This document shows, piece by piece, positions 40,146 through 49,783 of a DNA stretch of 64,000 bases. Under the pieces are notes generated by a model. That model searched no databases, was not told the origin of the DNA, and saw only the letters and a list, made by a program, of their open reading frames with translations. The stretch spans positions 89,787 through 153,786 of the IMG/VR virus record IMGVR_UViG_3300029288_003766; one strand, written 5' to 3'. The DNA comes from a virus. Lineage: Duplodnaviria > Heunggongvirae > Uroviricota > Caudoviricetes. Both the position numbers and the translations under genes were made by a program. Numbering within the stretch: position 1 is the stretch's first letter; each line of letters starts with the position of its first letter.

Positions 40146-43100
40146 GTCTAGAAAAAGATATTACACAAATTAAAAAATTGGTAGAAGAGAAACCTATATT
40201 TAAAGCCGCTAGCAAGCAAGAATTGATGCAGAGGAAAAAGATTTGTCCATTTTGCGGAAACGGAATTCTTAAGCTAGCTCCTAAAGATTCAGGGGTGGAC
40301 ATCTATTGCCCGAAGTGCGGGTTTGCTGGGGACAGTTATGATTCTCAAATGGATTTGCTCAGAGAAGCGCAGCCGGTGTTCAAACCAGCATCAGATCAGA
40401 ATATCCAAGCTAGAGAAGAGCAGAAGCGTACTGAACTAGAAAAGAAATTTGGGAGTGTTGAGAAAGTTGCGGAAGGTGGGCAACCTGTTAAATTTGGACC
40501 GGGTGAATACTTCCTTGGTGATATCTGTTATGCATTAGATGATGACATTTATGATAAGGTTTGGGGTAGTATGTTTAACTATGATGATGGGGCCTATAAA
40601 GTCAGAGGCTATGTATTTGCGGTATCTTCCACAGCTTACGGAGATGGGGCTTATTCTGGTACAGATGGAGTAACATATGGAGTAGATGCCGGGGTTATAG
40701 GTATAGTCCCCAAAGAACTTTCACAACTTGATAGTCATGGTGGTAGATGGATCAAAGTTAAAACATCTCTTACTTTCCAAGCTGGAGACGGAATATTTAA
40801 TATTTATATAGATAGGGGAGAAATTGTTGAAATAGATACAAAAAATGATCCAAATAGAGAAGAAGATGAAACAACTGATGAATCTAAGATGACAGAGGAA
40901 AAAGATGTAGTATTCAAAGCTGCTAGTAAGAAACAAATAAATAAGCGCCCTAAGCCTGAGGCATTTTTTACATATCATGTGTTTAGTTGGGATGATGAAA
41001 ATAATCATACAGATCAGTGGATTGATAGTTTACCTGAGGCCGAGGAATATGCTAAGAGGTTGGTGCGTGCCGGTTGGAGTAGGGTTAGGATAGAAGAGAT
41101 TGCGGAAGATGATGATGATGGAGAAATAATTTGGTTTGGCGGGGATGAAGACTCTCCTGATTATAGTTTGAAGGATGCTGAAACAGATATAAAGGCAGGG
41201 GCCTCGGTAGATGCCAGCCTTATTGAAGCAAATAATCCTATATTCAAAGCGGCTTCAAAGAGTCAGCTTGCTAAAAGAAAAGAAGAGTATGACCGGGGTT
41301 ATGCCCAGCGTTTAAAAGCTACGGAGACAATGAACAAAATGTTAGAGATGCAGCCTGAGAATGCTGAACCTTTTTTGTCAATATATTTTGATGTAATAGA
41401 GGATGATGAGAGGAAAGATGTTTTTAGAGAGTTTGTTGATGTTCTTTACAAGGAAGATAAAATAAAGCTTACAGATTTATATAATAAGTATATTAGAAAT
41501 GCTCCTGAAGGTGAGGCAAATGAAATTGAGTTCTGTGAAAAGGCTGCTGAAAGAATTGCTGCAGCTGGCTTGTTTGTGTATAACGGAGATACATATTTTG
41601 AAGTGTACACTCCTGAGGAAATAGCTAACGCTATTATCTATGAATCTAATGAACCAGTGTTTAAGGCAGCTACTCCCCAACAAATAGCAGCTAGACCTCA
41701 ACAAGCTCCGAGAAAGAGAAAGCTAGAAGATCTTTACCGGATAGCAGGAGAAATTGGTTTACCCATAGATAAGACTCAATTGTTTGTATCTTACATAACT
41801 CGGCGTTGGCCTGATGTGGATTATGGATATGCTAAGGAATGGGCGAAGAGATTTTTGAAAGGTGATGAATGGGTAGCCTCAGATCTTAGTGGTCGGAGTC
41901 TCCTTAGAAGTTTAAAGCCTGATCTGTACCCTGATGACCTTTACGGAAGTATGAGAAGAAGCACATTTGAATCAGAAAATCCTGTGTTTAAACCGGCTAC
42001 TCCTGAACAGATAGCGGCCCGTCCTAACCTTGGTTACAAAATTCCATATGAAGAATGGTATGAGGTCTATGAGGACAAAGGTGATGATGGTGGGACAGAA
42101 ACTTGGCACTCAACTCAGACTTACCGCCATGCATTAGAAATTAAATCAGTTCTTGAGAAAGATTGGCCAGAAAAAGAGTTTGGTATAGATAAGTGGCGTA
42201 GGGCGCCTAATGGTGATTCAGAACCTATTGATGATTGGAGACCTGAACAGGAACCTGTAGTAGAAGCTAAGCCTATATTCAAAGCTGCTTCTCAGGAACA
42301 GATTGCAAGTAGACCAAAACCAGCACCTGCATATAAAATAGTTGAGTATCCTACGGGTAGAATTGTAAAAGTCAGTAAATCAGCTCTCGAAGTTTTAAAA
42401 TTATCAGCTTTGGTTAGTTGGGATGAAGAAGGAGAAGGTCAGTGGCAATTTGATGATAGTGATTGGGAGAAGATAGATCAATATCTTAGAGGTAATCCTA
42501 TTGTAGAAGCTAAACCTATATTTAAGGCAGCTACTCCAGAGCAGATTTCTAAAAGACATCAACTACGACCACTAAGTGATGACCGAGATGATTACTTGGG
42601 TAGGAAGATACAAGATCTTAATGATGAAGATGTAAATCATATAAGTGATCTTGAATTGAACTCCTGTGATAGATGTGGAAGGATAGAATTTTCTAATGAT
42701 CTATGTTGGGTTGAATTCTACTATGAGGGTCAGGAAATACCAAAGAAGATGCGTAAGTACACAGCCATTTGTCAAAATTGCCAGAGTGATCTGTTGTCCG
42801 ATGAAGTAAATGAAGCTAAGCCTATATTCAAGGCGGCTACTGCAGCAAATCTTAGAGCTCGTAACTCAAGACCTGAGAAGATCCCACCTCCAGGCGGCTT
42901 TGAATATAGATTTCTGAGGTTCATAGAAGATCCAGATCCTGAGGCTAAAACTTGGAAACTTACCGGTATGGGATCTTATATTGATATGGATGATAGTGAG
43001 ATTTGGTTTCATACTGATGATGATATAGATATCAGTATTTATATAGATACCAATTCGGCCATCAATGATCATCTTAATAGAGATGATGCATTAACTAAAG

Positions 43101-43594
43101 AATGTCAAGAACATTTTGAGAAGAGTGGAGCAATAGGTTTTGCAGGAAAGATATCTGAGTGGGTAAAATCACGAGGCTGGGAAGTTATAGAATCTGCTAA
43201 TACATCTTCCTTTGACAATTCCTATTTCTTAGGTTCAGTATTTGAGTATACAACATTTGAAGACGCATACGATGATAGGGGTATTGTTATCATGATGTAT
43301 CTGGGCGGGGATGTTAGAGGAAATTATGCTTATCCAATTGTATATTTTGGGGATGTGGAGGATTTTTTTAGTTCTCACTGGATAAGTGATTATAAGGAAG
43401 ATACAGCCAACTTTTTTGGATATCAATATTACGATGATCTTATTTGGGATATTAAAAAATATCGCGGCTCAATCCCTGAGGGTGAAAATCGTCCTCATGA
43501 AGTAGAATCTCCTGGCCAGATAAGATGGAAAATGAATAATGAGAATCCTGCTGAGACTTATACTGAGGCAAAAGAAGTTGTGAGTGTGAAATAA
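40142..43594 (+). CDS. leader-family polyprotein with nine tagged units (1150 aa)
   Basis: Leader plus nine hydrophobic-x-E...[PD][IV]FK[AP]A[ST] repeats separating unrelated small domains. Confidence 0.9.
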   Translation: MSLEKDITQIKKLVEEKPIFKAASKQELMQRKKICPFCGNGILKLAPKDSGVDIYCPKCGFAGDSYDSQMDLLREAQPVFKPASDQNIQAREEQKRTELEKKFGSVEKVAEGGQPVKFGPGEYFLGDICYALDDDIYDKVWGSMFNYDDGAYKVRGYVFAVSSTAYGDGAYSGTDGVTYGVDAGVIGIVPKELSQLDSHGGRWIKVKTSLTFQAGDGIFNIYIDRGEIVEIDTKNDPNREEDETTDESKMTEEKDVVFKAASKKQINKRPKPEAFFTYHVFSWDDENNHTDQWIDSLPEAEEYAKRLVRAGWSRVRIEEIAEDDDDGEIIWFGGDEDSPDYSLKDAETDIKAGASVDASLIEANNPIFKAASKSQLAKRKEEYDRGYAQRLKATETMNKMLEMQPENAEPFLSIYFDVIEDDERKDVFREFVDVLYKEDKIKLTDLYNKYIRNAPEGEANEIEFCEKAAERIAAAGLFVYNGDTYFEVYTPEEIANAIIYESNEPVFKAATPQQIAARPQQAPRKRKLEDLYRIAGEIGLPIDKTQLFVSYITRRWPDVDYGYAKEWAKRFLKGDEWVASDLSGRSLLRSLKPDLYPDDLYGSMRRSTFESENPVFKPATPEQIAARPNLGYKIPYEEWYEVYEDKGDDGGTETWHSTQTYRHALEIKSVLEKDWPEKEFGIDKWRRAPNGDSEPIDDWRPEQEPVVEAKPIFKAASQEQIASRPKPAPAYKIVEYPTGRIVKVSKSALEVLKLSALVSWDEEGEGQWQFDDSDWEKIDQYLRGNPIVEAKPIFKAATPEQISKRHQLRPLSDDRDDYLGRKIQDLNDEDVNHISDLELNSCDRCGRIEFSNDLCWVEFYYEGQEIPKKMRKYTAICQNCQSDLLSDEVNEAKPIFKAATAANLRARNSRPEKIPPPGGFEYRFLRFIEDPDPEAKTWKLTGMGSYIDMDDSEIWFHTDDDIDISIYIDTNSAINDHLNRDDALTKECQEHFEKSGAIGFAGKISEWVKSRGWEVIESANTSSFDNSYFLGSVFEYTTFEDAYDDRGIVIMMYLGGDVRGNYAYPIVYFGDVEDFFSSHWISDYKEDTANFFGYQYYDDLIWDIKKYRGSIPEGENRPHEVESPGQIRWKMNNENPAETYTEAKEVVSVK

Positions 43595-43965
43595 TGGACC
43601 TTAGTTCAGAGATATACCAAACTTTGTTGTTAGAACCTGGAGTTGCAAATATGAGTGATGAAAAACATTATATTGATGAGATTGGCACAGATGTGATTGT
43701 GGATTGCGGGCAAGATATCAGCACAGCTACTGTCCATAAATTAGAAGTTAGAAAGCCCGATGGTACGACAGATGAGTGGGATGCTGAACCCTATACGATA
43801 GATGATGAACCAAACTACCTTATATATACTACAATAAGTGGGGACTTCGATCAGGCTGGTTTATATTCTATCCAGTCTTATATTGAAATGGATGGTTGGG
43901 AAGGAAGAGGACAAACAGTGACTTTTGAAGTGTTTAATAACTATGATCTGGACCCCGAAATATGA
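43594..43965 (+). CDS. acidic beta-rich protein, BppU-N-like / possible virion protein (no leader)
   Basis: DCGQDISTATVHKLEVRKPDG...YTTISGDFDQAGLYSIQSYIE pattern. Confidence 0.5.
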   Translation: MDLSSEIYQTLLLEPGVANMSDEKHYIDEIGTDVIVDCGQDISTATVHKLEVRKPDGTTDEWDAEPYTIDDEPNYLIYTTISGDFDQAGLYSIQSYIEMDGWEGRGQTVTFEVFNNYDLDPEI

Positions 43966-44318
43966 GCTTAGAGAAAGACACAGTAGAGATTAAGAAATTG
44001 TTTGAGCAGGATGATCTTTTATTCAAACCGGCATTACCTGAGAATCTTGCTAAGAGAATAGAGCAACGTGTTAGTAACCGTAAGCCTACTGAGGATTTTT
44101 GCCCTCATTGTAAAGCTGATTTACGTAGTGAAACTATTGGGGTGTATTCAAAAGAAATAGAGGAGTCTACTGTTGGAATATATTGGAATTCTAGATCTGG
44201 TATGTGGGAATGGGGTGATAGGAATTATGGTAATGGTGAAATTACGGGTTTTTTCTGTGGCAAATGTGATGGAAAAGTGAAGAGAGAAAAAGACTTTGAC
44301 CTTGAGGATTCATTATGA
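43962..44318 (+). CDS. leader-family protein with Zn-ribbon payload
   Basis: MSLEKDTVEIKKLFEQDDLLFKPALPENLAKR; CPHC...CGKC. Confidence 0.8.
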   Translation: MSLEKDTVEIKKLFEQDDLLFKPALPENLAKRIEQRVSNRKPTEDFCPHCKADLRSETIGVYSKEIEESTVGIYWNSRSGMWEWGDRNYGNGEITGFFCGKCDGKVKREKDFDLEDSL

Positions 44319-44725
44319 GCCTAGAAAAAGATATTACGATTATTAAGCAACTAGTGGAAGCACAGCCGGTATTCAAAGCGGCTAGTTCTGAGAATCTTGC
44401 TAAGAGAGAGGAGCAACTTCTTAATAGTGACAGACTACAGAGAGAAGCATTATCAAACGCACTAGACAAAAAGGATCCAGATATTATATGGTTGGTTCAT
44501 TATATTGGTCATCATTATAATGGTTGGGAAAAAGATGAGGTTAACAAACTTTCCCTTCCAGCAAATGTTTATGAAGATGGTGTTGTTGCTTATACATGTG
44601 ATGGAAACGCATATATTGTTACAGGATATGGTGAAGAGTATGACGCAGCATTCCTTCGGGGGGAGCATGAACTACCTCATTTATCTAATGTTACAGTAAT
44701 AAAAAAGTTAAATAGGAAAAGATGA
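44315..44725 (+). CDS. leader-family protein; payload paralogous to the C-terminus of 37986-39089
   Basis: MSLEKDITIIKQLVEAQPVFKAAS; DGNAYIVTGY...HLSNVTVIKKL. Confidence 0.8.
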   Translation: MSLEKDITIIKQLVEAQPVFKAASSENLAKREEQLLNSDRLQREALSNALDKKDPDIIWLVHYIGHHYNGWEKDEVNKLSLPANVYEDGVVAYTCDGNAYIVTGYGEEYDAAFLRGEHELPHLSNVTVIKKLNRKR

Positions 44726-45312
44726 GCCTAGAAAAAGATATTACGATGATTAAGCAACTAGTTGAGCAGAATGATAATCTAGTGTTCAAACCAGCTTCAC
44801 CTGAGAATATTACTAATCGTGAAGAAATAATGAGGCAGAAAGAAGAAGATGCAAAGAAAGCACACGCTGCGGCATTATATGACAATGCTGAGATGCACCT
44901 TCCCGGTTGTGTTGAAAAGTTGAGACAAAGATTTGGTAATGAAGCTTTGGTCCAGACAGCAATTGCTTATGCTGATAGTGAGGAACCTCAAATGTTACTC
45001 GGGGTGTCAAAAACACTAAGTATACGTGATATAGATTGGGATGGAGTGTGGACAGATGCTAAGACTTTTTTAGATCAATGCAAGATAGTTGGGGGGTATA
45101 ACGGGTTTAATATTGATGTTGCTAATGATTTAGTGTTTTACTTCAAAGGTAAGGAGTTTAGACTAGCTAGAGAAGGTTCAGTGGCTGTTTATATTAGGCC
45201 TGTTGAACAACAGAAGTTTAATTATCTGAATAGTGAGACAGGTGCCCGAACTTATAAATTTGATGAAGCAAGTCTTGAGGGTGGAAACACAGTACGATTA
45301 TGGTGGGATTAG
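44722..45312 (+). CDS. leader-family protein; payload paralogous to the C-terminal domain of 56437-60228
   Basis: MSLEKDITMIKQLVEQNDNLVFKPAS; TAIAYADS...FRLAREGS...RLWWD. Confidence 0.8.
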   Translation: MSLEKDITMIKQLVEQNDNLVFKPASPENITNREEIMRQKEEDAKKAHAAALYDNAEMHLPGCVEKLRQRFGNEALVQTAIAYADSEEPQMLLGVSKTLSIRDIDWDGVWTDAKTFLDQCKIVGGYNGFNIDVANDLVFYFKGKEFRLAREGSVAVYIRPVEQQKFNYLNSETGARTYKFDEASLEGGNTVRLWWD

Positions 45313-45315
45313 ACT

Positions 45316-45849
45316 ATGAGCCTAGAGAACGATATTACACAAATTAAAACTTTAATGGAAACCAAAGATGAGTTTAAAGACTATGAAGATCTTAGCCCCG
45401 AGAGGCAGATAAAGAAACACATCGAGCAGGTAGAAACTTTTATGAACAAACTGTCTGCAGAGATCAAAGAGCGGGGCAGGAAGCACGATGCCAGCAAGCT
45501 GGGTGATCAGGAGCTTCCTAAGTGGGAAGATTATCTTCCCAAACTAGCTGGTATGAAATATGGAACGCTTGATTATAAGAAGGCCTCGGAAGCTATGGGA
45601 GATGTTATAAAAATACACCACAAGGCCAACCGTCACCATCCTGAATATTTTAGTGATGGTATGAAAGGTATGAACCTTGTAGATCTTTGCGAGTTATGCG
45701 CGGATTGGGCAAGTGCTGCTCTTAGAACTAATGGCGGTAATATTGAAAAGTCAATTGATGATAATAAGAAAAGATTTAATTATGATAATACTTTGGCGTC
45801 TATTTTGAAAAATACAGTTAAATTATTTAAGGAAAATAATAATGAGTGA
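45316..45849 (+). CDS. leader-family protein with DUF5662-like (HD-related) payload
   Basis: MSLENDITQIKTLME; HDASKL...HHKANRHHPEYF...MNLVDLCELCADW. Confidence 0.75.
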   Translation: MSLENDITQIKTLMETKDEFKDYEDLSPERQIKKHIEQVETFMNKLSAEIKERGRKHDASKLGDQELPKWEDYLPKLAGMKYGTLDYKKASEAMGDVIKIHHKANRHHPEYFSDGMKGMNLVDLCELCADWASAALRTNGGNIEKSIDDNKKRFNYDNTLASILKNTVKLFKENNNE

Positions 45850-46687
45850 ATTATGTAGCTTTGGATGCGGAAATATTGCTGTAGTCCAATTCAAGAGCAG
45901 TGGTAAATTTTGTTGTAGTAAGAGTGCTAATTCTTGCTTCGCTCAGCGTCAGAAGAATAGTTTAGGAAATAAAGATCGTAAGTTTTCTAAAGAATCTATA
46001 GAGAAAATGAAGCAAACTAAAGCCGAACACCCTCAGAAACCTTGGAACAAAGGTCTGACTAAGGAAACTGACGAACGGGTTAGAAGGTATGGAGAAAACG
46101 TTAGTAAATCGTTACAGGCAAATGATAAAATTAGAGGAGAGAATGCTTCTAATTATATAGATGGAAGGTCTTATAAACCTAATTTTTGTGTAGATTGCGG
46201 TGATCAAATTGAACCAAGAACAGAAAGATGTATGGAATGTAAAGCAATACATCAATCAAAATTAATGAAAAATGGTGCGCATAAATTAGATTGTAGTTGT
46301 CCATTTTGTAGAACTAAGCGTGGTGAATGTTGGGGGGAAGAAAATTCGCAGTATATAGATGGGAGAACACCTTTACGTAATTTGATAAGAAATTTAGATG
46401 AATCTTCTCAATGGCGTGAGGAAGTTTTTAAGCGAGATAACTATATTTGTCAAGAATGCTATAGATGTGGTATTAAATTAAATGCTCACCATATAAAAGA
46501 ATTTAATAAAATCTTAACTGAATTCTTACAGGAATATTCTCAGTTTAGTCCAATAGAAGATAAAGAAACGCTAGTTCGCTTGGCACTAATGTATGAACCT
46601 TTTTGGGAATTAAGCAACGGCAAGACGCTATGTGAAGAATGTCATGATAAAACAAAAGGTCGAAAGAAGCTTTTAGAAAAGGAATAA
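45842..46687 (+). mobile_element. free-standing HNH endonuclease with NUMOD-type DNA-binding modules
   Basis: WNKGLTKETDERV; WREEVFKRDNYICQEC...NAHHIK...NGKTLCEECH. Confidence 0.85.
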
Positions 46688-46744
46688 GAAACGGAATGGT
46701 TCCGGTTCAAGTAACAAGCAGTATAACAGAAGGAGTAACAAGAA

Positions 46745-46990
46745 ATGGCAAGAGGTAAAGTGAAATGGTTCAGTAATCAGAAGGGCTACGGGTTCATAAC
46801 CGCGGCAGACGGGAAAGACGTTTTTGTGCATTTCAGTGCAATCCAGGGAGAAGGATATAAGAGTTTAACAGAAGGACAGGAAGTGGAGTTTGAGGTTACG
46901 GATGGTCTAAAAGGTCAACAAGCTGTTAACGTTAGAAAGATTGTGCCTATAAACGAAGTAAAGGTAGAAACGCCTGCTGTACAGGCCTAG
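46745..46990 (+). CDS. cspA: cold-shock protein
   Basis: [16 protein letters not shown] (RNP1), [17 protein letters not shown] (RNP2). Confidence 0.95.
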   Translation: MARGKVKWFSNQKGYGFITAADGKDVFVHFSAIQGEGYKSLTEGQEVEFEVTDGLKGQQAVNVRKIVPINEVKVETPAVQA

Positions 46991-46994
46991 AATA

Positions 46995-47019
46995 CCCTTA
47001 TTTGGGGCGTAACCAGGCC
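46995..47019 (+). repeat. 25-bp direct repeat, copy 2, downstream of csp
   Basis: Identical to 16824-16848. Confidence 0.9.
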
Positions 47020-47047
47020 AAGGTTCAATTATAAGGAGATAAAAGGT

Positions 47048-47332
47048 ATGTTGAGTTGCCCAAGGTGTAAAAAGTCGCTGGTAGCAATGGATAACCATCA
47101 GTTTGCTTATTGCCCAAAGAGGATTATTGCTACTAAATCCGGACCACCTTATGATCGTAAGATTAGGGTGGAAACAGCTCCTGATTCGGGGTGTGGAGTG
47201 CTAGTGCAAATACCTCAAAGTGAACATGACTATTTGCATGACTTGGATCTCAAGTATAGGCCTTGGGAAGATAAGACTGAGTGCAGCGGGGTTAAGAACG
47301 ATCTCAATTCTCGTACAACTGTTAATGGATAA
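47048..47332 (+). CDS. hypothetical Zn-binding protein
   Basis: CPRC...CP...CG. Confidence 0.55.
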   Translation: MLSCPRCKKSLVAMDNHQFAYCPKRIIATKSGPPYDRKIRVETAPDSGCGVLVQIPQSEHDYLHDLDLKYRPWEDKTECSGVKNDLNSRTTVNG

Positions 47333-47403
47333 TTTTCCACAAAGGGAGCTCTTGAAGATTTTCTTTAACGCTGTACTCGGTCAACTTATAATTAGAGGAA
47401 TAA

Positions 47404-48108
47404 ATGCTATGTAAATGTGGATGTGGAAAATATACGAAAGAAGAACATAATGAATATTGTCGTGGGCATCATCCGCACTCACGTATTAATACAGCGGGGG
47501 AAAATAACGGAATGTGGGGTAAACATCCTACTAAAGAAACGAAAAATAAATGGAAAAACAGGTCGGTTTGGAACAAAGGGTTAACTAAAGAAACAGATGA
47601 GCGTGTAGCTAAATATGCTATATCACGTAAACATCCTATTTCTTGTAAGTGCCCTTGCTGTAAAGGTGAGCGCGGAGAATTAACAAAAGAAGAAAAAAAT
47701 AAATGCGGTCAGAGAAGTGGTGAAGGTAGACGTGGTAAACATCTATCTGATACTCATATTCGCAACGTTTTAAGAGCTGGGTGTGAACACCCTAATAAGT
47801 TTGAAACTAACGCTTTGCATTATATAAATACTATTTATAATAATAAATTTACGTATACCGGTGATGGTTCTTTAATTATTAATCACAGATCAGCAGACGC
47901 ATATTCAAAAGAATTAAATACAATAGCACTTTTCCATGGTGTGTACTGGCATTTAAGAAAAAAAGGATTGGATATTACAGAAGAGAACAAACGGGTTGTG
48001 GAAAAAGTAGATTCTCTTCCTTTTACATCAGCTGGCTACAAAGTAATTTTTATTTGGGAAGATGAACTATACAAATTATTGGAGAAGAAATGTCAGATGA
48101 CAAATTAG
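47404..48108 (+). mobile_element. putative homing endonuclease: NUMOD modules plus Vsr/DUF559-like PD-(D/E)xK domain
   Basis: CKCGCG, WNKGLTKETDERV, FHGVYWH, GYKVIFIWEDE. Confidence 0.75.
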
Positions 48109-48458
48109 AGAGTTTTGGTTCATTACTTGAGAGAACTCTAATAAACAGAGGCCAAGAAGAGATTAAGCCAGTAGACTCTCCTATTGAACTTAGCGATTCC
48201 GAACGAAGCGAGATTTTAGAACGTTTATCACAAACGCGGGATAAAGGTCCGTTACAACCCCCTTCTAGCGGACCAGAAAGTGGAAGTGATCAAGATTTGT
48301 CCACTGCTTCGTTCGGCTCGCTTTTAGAAAAAACCATAGAACTGCAAGAGAAATTGAAGAAGGATGAATCCTCAGAAAATGATGAGATCCGTGAAGCGGT
48401 AATAGAAAAGTCCAACATTGATATGGTCAATGATTTACTTAAACGGTTTATAAGATGA
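48090..48458 (+). CDS. acidic hypothetical protein with internal repeat SFGSLLE[RK]T
   Basis: ESFGSLLERTL and ASFGSLLEKTI. Confidence 0.6.
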   Translation: MSDDKLESFGSLLERTLINRGQEEIKPVDSPIELSDSERSEILERLSQTRDKGPLQPPSSGPESGSDQDLSTASFGSLLEKTIELQEKLKKDESSENDEIREAVIEKSNIDMVNDLLKRFIR

Positions 48459-48877
48459 GCTTAGAGAAAGATATAACAGAAGTTAGGAGATTGGTTGAAC
48501 AGGATGAACCAGTGTTCAAGGCCGCTAGTCCCGAGCAGATAGATAAACGTAGAACAGAAGCCGATAAAAAACATATAGCTTGGGTAAGATCTCTGCCGAG
48601 AGTTAAACTTTACGCATTATGCTCGGATCAGATGGATGCTTGGGTTGATAAAAATGTTGGGGAGTTTTATTATGATGATGAAAATGATGGTTATTTTGAT
48701 GACGCGGGAGTTGAGGTGACTAGAGATGATATAAGAGATGAGTACGCAGAGGCTAACTCTGTTAGTATGCACGGTAGCTGTGAGATATTCGACCGTGAAT
48801 CTCTTGAGTCATTGGGAAAATCTATAAATGACGTGCTTATGGTAGCACCTCTGCCTCCTGGAAGGAATAGACCATAA
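48455..48877 (+). CDS. leader-family protein, acidic payload
   Basis: MSLEKDITEVRRLVEQDEPVFKAASPEQIDKR. Confidence 0.8.
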   Translation: MSLEKDITEVRRLVEQDEPVFKAASPEQIDKRRTEADKKHIAWVRSLPRVKLYALCSDQMDAWVDKNVGEFYYDDENDGYFDDAGVEVTRDDIRDEYAEANSVSMHGSCEIFDRESLESLGKSINDVLMVAPLPPGRNRP

Positions 48878-48888
48878 AAAGTATAACT

Positions 48889-49782
48889 ATGAGCTTAGAA
48901 AAAGACATTACAATTATAAAAGAGTTGGTGGAAGCAAATCCAGTATTCAAAGCCGCTAGCCCAGCTAATCTTAATAAGAGGCAAGAGTATATGGAGATAG
49001 AGCAGGCTAAAGAAAGAGAACGTCTTGCGATAGAACGAGCCAAAGAAGAAAAAAGACTAGCAAGAGAACGAGCTGATCGGTTTAAGGAGTTAGGACCAAA
49101 ATTGTACAACATAATGCAGCTTATGCCGACTGTTAAAAGTCTTGATGACGAATATATAGAGTTATCAGATAGTGAGTTCAAAGGTAACTATGGTAAGATT
49201 GGAGAATATGACCATCCTACGCAGGTTTCCTTTAATATAAAAATTTATGGGCAAAGTATTCCTGATGATGTCCGTGATAAGTTGGAGAAGTATGGTCTCG
49301 AGAACTCTGCCTATGAGATTATGAATGAAGATATGAGTTTATATGCTACAGATTTCTTTGATAATCTCCAAAGTCAATATTCTTTTATAAGCAATTGGTA
49401 TCAGGAGGGAAGATCAAGCGGCTGGGTAGTCTTTGAGATTGATGATGTGGCAGGAACAGATGATGCGCAGCAATTGATGTATTATTTTCAGGATGCTGAC
49501 ACTGCTGTAAGAAATACAGAAGATTGGAATGATAATGATTTTGAAGCTGCATACATCCAATTAAAATCATATGCAGTAAATCTGAAAAAGCGTATTAGTA
49601 ATTTAGAGAAAATCGAAAAGAAGATTCTGAAAGGTAAAAGAGATCTTATAGCTTGGCAAAGTTCAAAAGAATATTGGGATACATTTTTTTCTAATTATGA
49701 AGATGATATTGCAGAACAGGACGCAAAGGAACAAACTGAAAGAGAAGAGCAAATACAATCCGAAGTTGGGGAGGCTGGATAA
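48889..49782 (+). CDS. leader-family protein; payload paralogous to first unit of 51205-52764
   Basis: MSLEKDITIIKELVEANPVFKAAS; YQEGRSSGWV. Confidence 0.8.
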   Translation: MSLEKDITIIKELVEANPVFKAASPANLNKRQEYMEIEQAKERERLAIERAKEEKRLARERADRFKELGPKLYNIMQLMPTVKSLDDEYIELSDSEFKGNYGKIGEYDHPTQVSFNIKIYGQSIPDDVRDKLEKYGLENSAYEIMNEDMSLYATDFFDNLQSQYSFISNWYQEGRSSGWVVFEIDDVAGTDDAQQLMYYFQDADTAVRNTEDWNDNDFEAAYIQLKSYAVNLKKRISNLEKIEKKILKGKRDLIAWQSSKEYWDTFFSNYEDDIAEQDAKEQTEREEQIQSEVGEAG

Positions 49783-49783
49783 A

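Noticed and set aside
46686-46744. tRNA-like GGTTCCGGTTCAAG upstream of csp
   Set aside because: No cloverleaf or acceptor stem; only a short CGGAA/TTCCG hairpin, probably part of the csp 5' UTR.
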